From positions 3,040,001 through 3,104,000 of the forward strand of contig CP166615.1 in NCBI GenBank assembly GCA_041937175.2: 64,000 bases of DNA. Direction: 5' to 3'. This document shows, piece after piece, positions 45,855 through 54,627 of the stretch. The notes under the pieces are model-generated. The model had not been told where the DNA came from. It did not search any database and saw only the letters and a list, made by a program, of their open reading frames with translations. The stretch comes from Limnothrix sp. BL-A-16 (lineage in GTDB: Bacteria; Cyanobacteriota; Cyanobacteriia; CACIAM-69d). A program made the translations under genes and the position numbers. Position 1 is the stretch's first letter, and each line of letters opens with the position of its first letter.

Positions 45855-48779
45855 CTAATCCTCTACAAATTGCCGCATTGGAATCTCAATCAAAAAGCTA
45901 GTTGAATGATTCAGTTCCGATCGACAAGTTAACCGGCCGCCATGTCGCTCCACCACAATCTGTTGGGCAATGGACAAACCCAAGCCAGTTCCCTTGCCCA
46001 CATCTTTGGTGGTGAAAAAAGCATCAAACAAGTTTCGTTGCACCTCGGGTGCAATTCCGGGCCCGTTGTCCGTAATCACAATCTGCACCGTTTCGGGATC
46101 GGCCAAGGTGGTGGTGATGGCGATTTGTGGCGGTTCCCGATCGCCCCGCTTGTCCTCATCGATCGCGTCGATCGCATTGGTCAGCAAATTCATAAACACC
46201 TGGTTCATTTGCCCCGCGTAACACTCAACGGGAGGTAAATCGCCATAGTGCTTCTGAATCTGAATCGCTGGGCGTTGATCCGTGGCCTTCAGTCGGTTGC
46301 TCAAAATCATCAGCGTGCTATCCAACCCCGCGTGAATGTCTACGCTTTTCACCTCCGCTTCGTCCAGCCGCGAAAAGGTGCGCAAGGACAGGACAATTTC
46401 GCGAATGCGATCGGTTCCCACCCGCATTGATTTCAACAATTTGGGTAAATCTTCCTGCACAAACGTCACATCAATTTCGTCCGCCAGCTCCAAAATTTCC
46501 GGCGTGGCTTTGGGAAAGGCCAATTGATAGGCAACCAACAGCGCCAACACATCTTGCACGTAGTTGCAGGCATGTTCGAGGTTGCCGTGAATGAAATTCA
46601 CCGGATTATTAATTTCGTGGGCCACTCCCGCCACCATTTGCCCCAAACTGGACATTTTTTCCGTTTGAACCAGTTGTGTTTGGGCTTTTTTCAACACCGT
46701 CAGGGCTTCCGATAATTGGGCAGTGCGTTGTTTCACCCGCTGCTCCAGATCCTTGGCCAAGTCTTGCAGGGCGGCTTCGGCGGCCTCGCGATCGCGCACT
46801 TCCTGCTGAAGTTGCAGGTTTTGGTTGTCCAACTCCTCCTCAGCGAGTTCGCGGCTCTCATCGGTCAGCACCCACCACCAGACCGCAATCCCCGACAAAA
46901 CCAGCAACATCGCATACAAAACCCCAAAGGTTTCCAGCAGCGGCATCGATTCGGCATCGGGTTGCGCGAGGGGCAACTCGGCGATCGGCCCGAGGGTGTA
47001 AACCAGCGCAAAAATTGCCCCCAGCAGGGCCGCCATGGCCGCAAACAACCCCACAAAACGCACCATCCGCTTGCCCAACCGCAAAGACAGGCGATCGCCA
47101 AAAATCGCCCGCGCCACAATGGGAGCCAAGCGCACCTGCTCGCCTGCGGAGGGCTTGCAGGAATCGTGACAATGGGCATCCAGACTGCAACAGAGGGAGC
47201 AGATATGGCCGTCGTAAACGGGACAAAAGGCCAAATCCGATGGCTCATACTCGTTGTCACAAACGCAGCAACTAACCAGGGTGGCGGCCGGAAAATTCAA
47301 GCGCACTTCGTTGGGGCGGGCGATGTAGTAGCGGCCTTGGGTTGCCCAGGCAATCAAGGGCGACAGGCCGAAGGCAATCCCCAGGGCCAAGAACGGCGCA
47401 TAGGCCCGCAGTGTTTCCCCCAAAAGCCCCACAAAGGCCACCATGGCAATGACCGAAGCCACCGCCATTGAGCCAAATCCCACAGGGTTGAAGTTGTAAA
47501 GATAGGCGCGTTTGAACTCAATGTAGGACGGACTGAGTTTGAGCGGTTTGTTAATCACCAAATCCGCCACGATCGCCCCAATCCAAGCGATCGCCACGTT
47601 GGAATAGAGACCCAACACGGCCTCTAGGGTTTCAAACACCCCCAACTCCATCAACAGCAGGGCGATCGACACGTTGAACACCAACCACACCACTCGCCCG
47701 GGGTGGGAATGGGTGAGCCGCGAAAAGAAATTTGACCAGGCCAGGGATCCCGCGTAGGCATTCGTGACGTTGATTTTGATTTGGGAGATGATTACGAAAA
47801 ACACCCCCACCGTCAGCACCACTTGGGGATCGTCAAAAACGGTGGCAAATCCGGCCAAGTACATTTGAATTGGCTCCTTGGCCTTGGCAAAGGAAGCCCC
47901 ATGCTCGATCGCCAAAGTGGCCAAAAAGGCCCCGCCCAACTGCTTGGCCGCCCCCAGCACAATCCAACCGGGCCCCGCCGCCAACACCGCTAACCACCAG
48001 CGAATCCGATTGTTGGGGCCACATTCCGGCAAAAAACGGAGATAGTCTACCTGTTCGCCCAACTGGGCAATCAGAGAAAAGGAAACGGTGGCCGCCGCGC
48101 CAAACAGCAAGGGATCAAAGGCAGCTCCGCTGGGGGAGTTTCCGGCAAAGTGCAGCCAGCGATCGAGGGCGGCCGGTTCCTTGAGGCCCACAAACACGAA
48201 GGGCAACCCCATCAAAATCAGCCAAATCGGTTGAGTCCAAAACTGCAACCGCTCGATCGCCGTGATGCCATAAAACACAATCGGCAACACCACCAAAGAG
48301 CAAAGGATATAGCCCAGCCATAGGGGAAGGTGCCAATAAAGCTCTAGGGCTTGGGCCAGGATCGCCGCTTCCAGCGCAAAGAAAATGAACGTAAAAGAGG
48401 CGTAAATCAGCGAGGTAATGGTTGAGCCAATATAACCAAAGCCTGCGCCTCTGGTGAGCAAGTCAATATCGACATTGTATTTGGCGGCGTAATAGGAAAT
48501 CGGAATTCCGGCTAGGCCAATCAGCAGCCCCACCACCAAAATTGCCCAAAAAGAATTGCTGAATCCATAGCTAATCACTAAGGATCCGCCGATGGCTTCA
48601 AGGGCCAGAAAGGAAATTCCTCCTAAGGCCGTATTGGCAACTAAAAACTCCGACCACTTCCGAAAAGACTGGGGTGCATAGCGAAGGGAATAGTCCTCGA
48701 TCGTCTCGGTGGCTACCCAAGCGTTGTACTCTCGACGCTTCTGCACAACCTTTTTGCGGGGAATATACGGGGTCGTCAT
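45855..48779 (-). CDS. Histidine kinase fused to an N-terminal permease-like (NCS1/purine-cytosine permease-like) domain
   Basis: ~480 aa polytopic N-terminus, a Cys-rich linker, 2 more TMs and a coiled coil. Kinase motifs: H-box GVAHEINNP, N-box NLLTNAIDA, DNGPGI, FFTTK and GTGLGL. Confidence 0.85.
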   Translation of the reverse strand: MTTPYIPRKKVVQKRREYNAWVATETIEDYSLRYAPQSFRKWSEFLVANTALGGISFLALEAIGGSLVISYGFSNSFWAILVVGLLIGLAGIPISYYAAKYNVDIDLLTRGAGFGYIGSTITSLIYASFTFIFFALEAAILAQALELYWHLPLWLGYILCSLVVLPIVFYGITAIERLQFWTQPIWLILMGLPFVFVGLKEPAALDRWLHFAGNSPSGAAFDPLLFGAAATVSFSLIAQLGEQVDYLRFLPECGPNNRIRWWLAVLAAGPGWIVLGAAKQLGGAFLATLAIEHGASFAKAKEPIQMYLAGFATVFDDPQVVLTVGVFFVIISQIKINVTNAYAGSLAWSNFFSRLTHSHPGRVVWLVFNVSIALLLMELGVFETLEAVLGLYSNVAIAWIGAIVADLVINKPLKLSPSYIEFKRAYLYNFNPVGFGSMAVASVIAMVAFVGLLGETLRAYAPFLALGIAFGLSPLIAWATQGRYYIARPNEVRLNFPAATLVSCCVCDNEYEPSDLAFCPVYDGHICSLCCSLDAHCHDSCKPSAGEQVRLAPIVARAIFGDRLSLRLGKRMVRFVGLFAAMAALLGAIFALVYTLGPIAELPLAQPDAESMPLLETFGVLYAMLLVLSGIAVWWWVLTDESRELAEEELDNQNLQLQQEVRDREAAEAALQDLAKDLEQRVKQRTAQLSEALTVLKKAQTQLVQTEKMSSLGQMVAGVAHEINNPVNFIHGNLEHACNYVQDVLALLVAYQLAFPKATPEILELADEIDVTFVQEDLPKLLKSMRVGTDRIREIVLSLRTFSRLDEAEVKSVDIHAGLDSTLMILSNRLKATDQRPAIQIQKHYGDLPPVECYAGQMNQVFMNLLTNAIDAIDEDKRGDREPPQIAITTTLADPETVQIVITDNGPGIAPEVQRNLFDAFFTTKDVGKGTGLGLSIAQQIVVERHGGRLTCRSELNHSTSFLIEIPMRQFVED

Positions 48780-49373
48780 AGCAGGTCAAAAAGATGACAG
48801 AATGGAGCAATTAATATACGGAGACGATTTGAATCCCCTTGAGCGGGAAATCAATCGATTGCGTTGGTTGCCGAAACTGGGCGATCGCGGCCATGGGCGG
48901 CAATTATGAATAACCATGAATTCCATGGATTTATGGCTAAAGCCGGGTTACACCCAATTAAATGGGCGATCGCGTCAAGGCTTGGCATCAGTACCCGGCA
49001 TTAATGCACGAGTGAATGATCAAATGAATGATCGAAAAGACTGCTGCATCACAACTAGCCCATGGTTCTACCCTAGCGCGCTCCAAAGACTGACGATCGG
49101 GCTAATTCTTGGCAACAGAATTATTGATTATTTATTAATCATATCTATGATATCAATTGTTCTTCGGCCGCTTCTAAAGTGTTGCTCGATTGTCTCAAAG
49201 TTGGCCACATTCACAGCGATTAAACATGCTCAACTGAGTTGTCCCTTGGTTTTAGTATTCCCTGAGACAATTTGCTGAAGATTTATAAATCTCTCTTCAT
49301 TAAAGTTGCGAATTCAGGTCAGTTAGAGATAACCCAAATGTGCCAATGGCGCGTCCCTATGGCACGTAATCGC

Positions 49374-50789
49374 CTAACTGTTCTGATAGTGACCGACCTC
49401 CAGCGGGGGTTCAACCAAGCTGGGTAGGGTGATGGTGACGGTTGTTCCTCGATCGAGCTGACTATCCAAGCGGATTTGACCCTGGTGGACTTGCACGATC
49501 GCCTGGACAATGGCCAGCCCCAACCCCGACCCGGCAGATTGACCAGTGCGATGGCGCGATCGAGCCACATCGGCACGGTAGAAGCGATCGAACAGATGGG
49601 GCAAAGCTTCCGGCGCGATGCCAATGCCGGTGTCTTGGACTTCGAGCTTTAAGGTGGGTTTGCGCAAGTCCCGATCGAGCCGCACCCAAACCCGCCCACC
49701 CGATGGCGTGTATTGAATGGCGTTGCCAATCAGATTGGTGAGCAACCGCGCCAACTGATCTCGATCGCCCCGCACCATCCAGGCTCGCGGATCGGGAATT
49801 TCGCTGAGTTCGGGAATCAATTCCAATTCTTGGCGGGTGGCCAGGGCCATTTGCTCCTCGATCGCCTCCAGCAGCAATTCCGCCAAATCCACCGTTCCCC
49901 ACTGGGGTTGCACAATGCCGCTATCTTGGCGGGCCAAAAACAACAGATCGTCCACCAATTTTCCCAGGCGGCGAGTTAACCGCTCGATCGCCTCCAACTG
50001 CGATCGCTCCATTTGGGGATCAGTTTCCGCCAGCGCCACCTGCACATTGGTTTGAATGGTGGCGATCGGGTTGCGCAGTTCGTGGGATGCGTCGGCCGTG
50101 AACTGCCGCAAGCGTTGGTAAGACTCGCGCACCGGTTCCATGGCCAACCCCGACAGCCACCACCCGATCGCCCCGACAGCCCCAATCAACGCCACCACCC
50201 CCAAGCTCAGGTCGATCGCCAACTGCTGGGCCGGTTTGGTGACCTCAAACCAAGGGTGACTGACTCGCAAATAGCCCAAGGGTTGCCCACCCAGCGCGAT
50301 GGACTGGGTACGTTGCCGCAACACCAATGGCGGTTCCACCGGGCCCCGCCCCTCAACTGGCTTTCCGGGCCCATCACGCAGCACTTTCACCGTTTCGCTT
50401 TTGCGCGTGGGATGCAGGGGAATGGTCAAAGGTTCCGCAAAACTGGTCCAAAGCTGCTGGCCCGTGGGGCTAAACCACTCCAAATCGATGCGATCGTCTT
50501 CCACATCATTCCAAACCGTACCCGTGTTGTCCCGAAAGCTGGCTTCCAGGTTCACCCGGGCCCGAGTAATCATCTGCTGTGGATCGATGGCGGCCAGGTC
50601 GCGCACCTGCACCGATTCAATCACCAGCGATCGAGCAACCAGTTCGATCGCATGTTCGATCGTGTCATCCACCCGATCGACCAGCGTGGCCCTCGCATAA
50701 CCATAAAAGGTGATCGCAGCCACCAGCACCAACACTGCTGTTACGGTCGCGTACCAAAGGGCCAGCCGTCGCCGCGTTGTCTGAAACAC
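49374..50789 (-). CDS. Two-component sensor histidine kinase
   Basis: Two TMs; FTADASHELRNP, NLIGNAIQYT, DTGIGI, FDRFYR and GSGLGLAI motifs. Confidence 0.92.
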   Translation of the reverse strand: MFQTTRRRLALWYATVTAVLVLVAAITFYGYARATLVDRVDDTIEHAIELVARSLVIESVQVRDLAAIDPQQMITRARVNLEASFRDNTGTVWNDVEDDRIDLEWFSPTGQQLWTSFAEPLTIPLHPTRKSETVKVLRDGPGKPVEGRGPVEPPLVLRQRTQSIALGGQPLGYLRVSHPWFEVTKPAQQLAIDLSLGVVALIGAVGAIGWWLSGLAMEPVRESYQRLRQFTADASHELRNPIATIQTNVQVALAETDPQMERSQLEAIERLTRRLGKLVDDLLFLARQDSGIVQPQWGTVDLAELLLEAIEEQMALATRQELELIPELSEIPDPRAWMVRGDRDQLARLLTNLIGNAIQYTPSGGRVWVRLDRDLRKPTLKLEVQDTGIGIAPEALPHLFDRFYRADVARSRHRTGQSAGSGLGLAIVQAIVQVHQGQIRLDSQLDRGTTVTITLPSLVEPPLEVGHYQNS

Positions 50790-51003
50790 GATCGTCCTCG
50801 AATGATGAGTAGTTGCATTCCCCCTAATCGTAATTCACTCGATCGGCTTGATTTAGCCTATGAATTGACTTGAGCTGGCTAGCCGATTGAATTTCTGGGT
50901 AATGTTTGATTAACTTTTCGATCCACTTCTCGATCAACTTGATTAGTTAAGTTTGTTCTTGAGTTGGTTGGTTGAATTGGTTGGTTGAACTGGTTGAGTC
51001 ACT

Positions 51004-51070
51004 TGGGGATTCATACCCCACCCCTTAGGGTGGCATAACTGCCGGGGCTGGCCCCATGGGTTTATACCCA
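51004..51070. repeat. Compact cluster of palindromes (possible REP-like or IS200/IS605-end remnant)
   Basis: Hairpins TGGGG..CCCCA, CCACCC-CTTA-GGGTGG, GGGGC-TG-GCCCC and TGGGT-TTAT-ACCCA. Direct repeat TTYATACCC at 51010 and 51061. Confidence 0.45.
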
Positions 51071-51179
51071 GTTGATTGAATTGATCGGTTTGATTTTAAG
51101 AATTTCGATTTACTTCATCCCATAGATGATGACCAAATCGTGGGGTGCAAACTTCACACCCCCCAAAAACGCAACTTAG

Positions 51180-51629
51180 CTACAGCTCACCACGAATTTC
51201 TTCCACGATGCCATCCCGTAGCAGAATTTCAACCTGCATTTTGTCAATCAAATTGTCGCCCTGTTGCACCTGAAACAGGCTTTCCATTTGCGTTTGAATC
51301 ACTTCATTGTCCAGTTCCAAGGAGTGAACCCGGTTGAGCTGTTGCAACACTTGGTTTTTTTGCTCCAGCATTTGGGATTTCTGGTCGTTCACCTGGGCCT
51401 GAATATTTTCGATTTGGCGAGTCACTTCCGGGCCGGGCGGTTGAATGCTTTGGCGCTGAATTTCCGCGATTGCCCGCTGACCTTGGGTTTCCAGTTGCTG
51501 TAACTGGCGATCGAGCTGGTCAATTTGCCGCTGCAATTCAACCTGCGCATCTTCCTTCCAGCGCGGCGTAACAACGGCCTTCACAATCACGGGGCGCTTG
51601 AGCCACAGGCCCGCTGAAGTCGTATCCAT
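51180..51629 (-). CDS. YlqD family protein
   Basis: LKRPVIVKAVVTPRWKE, a long coiled coil, and GDNL..KMQVEILLRDG.VEEIRG. Confidence 0.85.
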   Translation of the reverse strand: MDTTSAGLWLKRPVIVKAVVTPRWKEDAQVELQRQIDQLDRQLQQLETQGQRAIAEIQRQSIQPPGPEVTRQIENIQAQVNDQKSQMLEQKNQVLQQLNRVHSLELDNEVIQTQMESLFQVQQGDNLIDKMQVEILLRDGIVEEIRGEL

Positions 51630-52000
51630 GGGAGTTTGCACGCTTGAGGTGTACTGGGTGTTGATCATCGGTCTCACTGTTCTTGCATCGGCCAGAGACC
51701 ATGGCCCGGGCGCGATCGTATCGCGGGACTGTGAGCCATGGCAATCAACCCTTTCCCCCCTTCACTTCATATTTGCCCGTTAATCGGCCATTTGCTTGAC
51801 CAAAAATTCATCAAAAAACTCAGGAACTGCCCCTACGATCAGGGAAGAAAGTATTAAGCCTTTTGGGTGCATCTTCGGTTTCTAGCCATCTGATCAAAGC
51901 TTCAATTGCAAGCCAAAGTAATTTTTTATACTTGCAACGATTCAGGCGAAACCGCTCTCTAACTTCGCGACCGTTCCACTCTCTGAAGTCTTCTCTACTC

Positions 52001-52870
52001 ATGCGTAACCACATTCCTTCCTTCCTGCTCAAAGCAACCGTCACCGCCTCCGTGGCAACCCTGAGTGTTGCAGCCGGATCGGCCCAGGCATTTAACATCA
52101 ATCCCCGTAGCACAGCGCCGGATTACTTCCAAGAAGTGTTGCCTTCCATGGCTCCCTTTGTAGGCAAGGAAGCTCGGAAGTTAGACCCCAACGAAATTAA
52201 ATTTCGCACCTTGGATGAATCGCTGCTGCAACTGAAGCATGACCACGATGTGAAGGTTTACTTCCTCGGTGAAACGGCTGGCGGCTATCGCAACCGTCTG
52301 GACTTTGCCACCACCGGAACAACGGTTACAGCGCAGACGAAGATCTTTGGGGACACCTCTTGCAGCCCCAGCCAAAGCAAGACCTTGGTGAACTTCAGCG
52401 GCTTTTGCCAAAATCCGAACGCTGCCGTAGCAGGGCGATCGGTTCAAGACAGCCCCCTGAACGTGGGCGATTGGGTGAACCTGGGCAAGTTTAAGGCTGG
52501 CACGATTTTTGATTTCAGCCTGGTTTCCAACTGGATTAACGGCGGCATTTCCGGCAAGGATGTGCGCACTGGCAAGACGGTTCCGGGTCAGTTCCGGGCT
52601 AATGCCAAGGACAATCCCGATGGCAAGCAACATGCCATGTCCTACTTCTACGAAGATTTGCTGGTGCTGGCTTTTGAAGATCTATGGGGCGGTGGTGACC
52701 AAGACTTCAACGACACGGTGTTCGTGATCGACTTCGGCCGCAAGAACAACCGTGAAATTGCAGGGGTGGCCACGCCGGAACCGACGGTCATGATGGGTCT
52801 GGGCCTGGTGGGTCTGGGTCTGGCTGGGTCGGCGAAGCGTCGTTCGCGCAAGTCTGATACCGCATCCTAA
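52001..52870 (+). CDS. PEP-CTERM sorting-domain protein with DUF4114-like domain
   Basis: Signal peptide ending AQA; NPDG..H and AFEDLWGGGDQDFND.VF motifs; C-terminal TPEP + TM + KRRSRK. Confidence 0.88.
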   Translation: MRNHIPSFLLKATVTASVATLSVAAGSAQAFNINPRSTAPDYFQEVLPSMAPFVGKEARKLDPNEIKFRTLDESLLQLKHDHDVKVYFLGETAGGYRNRLDFATTGTTVTAQTKIFGDTSCSPSQSKTLVNFSGFCQNPNAAVAGRSVQDSPLNVGDWVNLGKFKAGTIFDFSLVSNWINGGISGKDVRTGKTVPGQFRANAKDNPDGKQHAMSYFYEDLLVLAFEDLWGGGDQDFNDTVFVIDFGRKNNREIAGVATPEPTVMMGLGLVGLGLAGSAKRRSRKSDTAS

Positions 52871-52986
52871 GCACTGCAAAACCTGCGGATAGCAGGAGTT
52901 GAGCTAGGGTTGTTGAACTCTCCGGGTTCTGAAGGCTGAATCATTCGTCAGGATTTCGCAGGAATTGAACTGAGTCGAAGTTGATC

Positions 52987-53029
52987 AAAAAACCCCGGGG
53001 TTCCCTAATGATGGGAATCCGGGGTTTTT
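52987..53029. terminator. Bidirectional intrinsic terminator
   Basis: AAAAACCCCGG ... CCGGGGTTTTT between convergent genes. Confidence 0.75.
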
Positions 53030-53097
53030 CTGATCAGATGCGTTGAATCAGATTCTGGTTTGGGTCAATCTTGAGCCAAATTTCCTAGCCAAATTTC

Positions 53098-53382
53098 CTA
53101 GCCAAACTTATAGTGCTTGCGGATGGTTTGGGTGATGTTCCATGTGCAAGCCAAACCGGCAGAGAAGGTGACTAAATCGCCTTTGCGAATGGTGATGGGT
53201 TCGCCGCCATCGGGGGTGACGGTCACTTCGCCTTCAAGGATGTAGCAAGTTTCCGCTTCATCATAGGTCCATGGAAATTCCGAAACCTGTTTGGTCCAAA
53301 TGGGCCAGTTGTACACGTCCAAGGCCGCGAGTCGATCGGGGGTGGGGTGCGATTCGAGCTGAATAGTAGTGGTTGTGCTCAT
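53098..53382 (-). CDS. Cupin domain protein (DUF861/cupin_3)
   Basis: WPIW, FPWTYDEAETCYILEGEV, GDLVTF and CTW.I...IRKHY motifs. Confidence 0.88.
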   Translation of the reverse strand: MSTTTTIQLESHPTPDRLAALDVYNWPIWTKQVSEFPWTYDEAETCYILEGEVTVTPDGGEPITIRKGDLVTFSAGLACTWNITQTIRKHYKFG

Positions 53383-53431
53383 GGCAAAACATGAAAAAAC
53401 ACTAGAGAATTGATGGCGATTGTAGGACGGG

Positions 53432-54460
53432 ATGGATTGCACTTGGCCAAGGGTCGGGATTTATAAAGATCGGCATCCCCAAGAGCAGCGCTCCAAAAAT
53501 CAGCATTCAAAAGGTCGGCACTTGAAACCCCCAACTCACGCCGCTGTGAATCCCCATGCTGGGCACCGGGCCCGATCGCTCCGGTGGGGAGTGCTGTTGG
53601 CGGGGATGGCGGCGATTTCAACGGGGGCGATTTTTGCTCGCTGGGCGATGCAGTCGGCGGGGCGATCGGACTGGGGGTTTGGCCTGTGGTTGGCGGCGGG
53701 GCGGGTGACGTTGGCGGCGCTGGCGGTGGCTCCGGCTTGGCCCCAAACCGGGCGATCGCCCCGATCGGCCTGGCCTTGGGCATTGGGGGCAGGGGCTTGC
53801 TTGGCGCTGCACTTCGTCTGTTGGCTCAGTTCGTTGGGCTACACCTCGATCGCCGCTTCCACTGTGCTGGTAACCACCACGCCGGTTTGGGTGGCCCTGA
53901 TTACCGGTGTCATCACCCAAAAATTCGCCGGTTGGATTGCCTGGGCTGGTTTGGCGATCGCCTTGGGGGGCAGCGCCGTGATTGCCCTCAGCCAAGATGC
54001 CGGGACGATCGGCAGCGATCCTCTGTTGGGGAATGGGTTAGCCTTGGCAGGAGCCTTGGCCGCAGCGGGCTATCTACTCCTTGGGCGGGTTGCCCAGCAA
54101 CGGGGGCTAGCCATTGGTTCCTACGCGGCTTTGGCCTATGGCAGTGCGGCCCTGTTGCTGAGTCCGTTGGTGGCCCTGTGGGGTGGCGGTTGGCAAACCA
54201 TCACCCCCACAACGGTGCTGGCGATCGCCCTGTCGGCCTTGGTTCCGCAACTGATTGGCCACACCAGTTTTAATTGGCTGGTGACCCAAATGCCGCCCCT
54301 GTGGGTGACCCTGGCTATTTTGTTTGAGCCGGTGGGAGCCAGTAGTTTGGGGTGGGTGGTGTTTGGGGAACAACCGGGAATGGGCGTGCTGTTGGGGGGC
54401 GTGATTGTATTGCTGGGGGTGGTGCTGGTGGTGCTGGGGGGGCGATCGGCCCAGGGGTGA
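53432..54460 (+). CDS. DMT/EamA family transporter
   Basis: LALHFVCW..SL.YTSIA, GN.LAL.GA and PQLIGHTSFNW...LFEPVG motifs; ~10 TMs. True start probably ~53522-53546. Confidence 0.85.
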   Translation: MDCTWPRVGIYKDRHPQEQRSKNQHSKGRHLKPPTHAAVNPHAGHRARSLRWGVLLAGMAAISTGAIFARWAMQSAGRSDWGFGLWLAAGRVTLAALAVAPAWPQTGRSPRSAWPWALGAGACLALHFVCWLSSLGYTSIAASTVLVTTTPVWVALITGVITQKFAGWIAWAGLAIALGGSAVIALSQDAGTIGSDPLLGNGLALAGALAAAGYLLLGRVAQQRGLAIGSYAALAYGSAALLLSPLVALWGGGWQTITPTTVLAIALSALVPQLIGHTSFNWLVTQMPPLWVTLAILFEPVGASSLGWVVFGEQPGMGVLLGGVIVLLGVVLVVLGGRSAQG

Positions 54461-54627
54461 TCCCGCGCCATTTGGCCGAACTGCGCTGAACTCTGCCGAA
54501 CTGTACCGATCACCAAGACGATGGAGTGAGTGATGAAAGGGATAGTTCAGGGGTTGCCCACAGGGGAGTCAAGGGGGGCGATCGCCTGGGGGTAGGGGCA
54601 CTGTCCGCAAGGATTTGAGGATTCATC

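Noticed and set aside
48916..49278. 120-aa ORF between the two kinases
   Set aside because: AT-rich, no motif, and probably promoter DNA; no receiver-domain signature.
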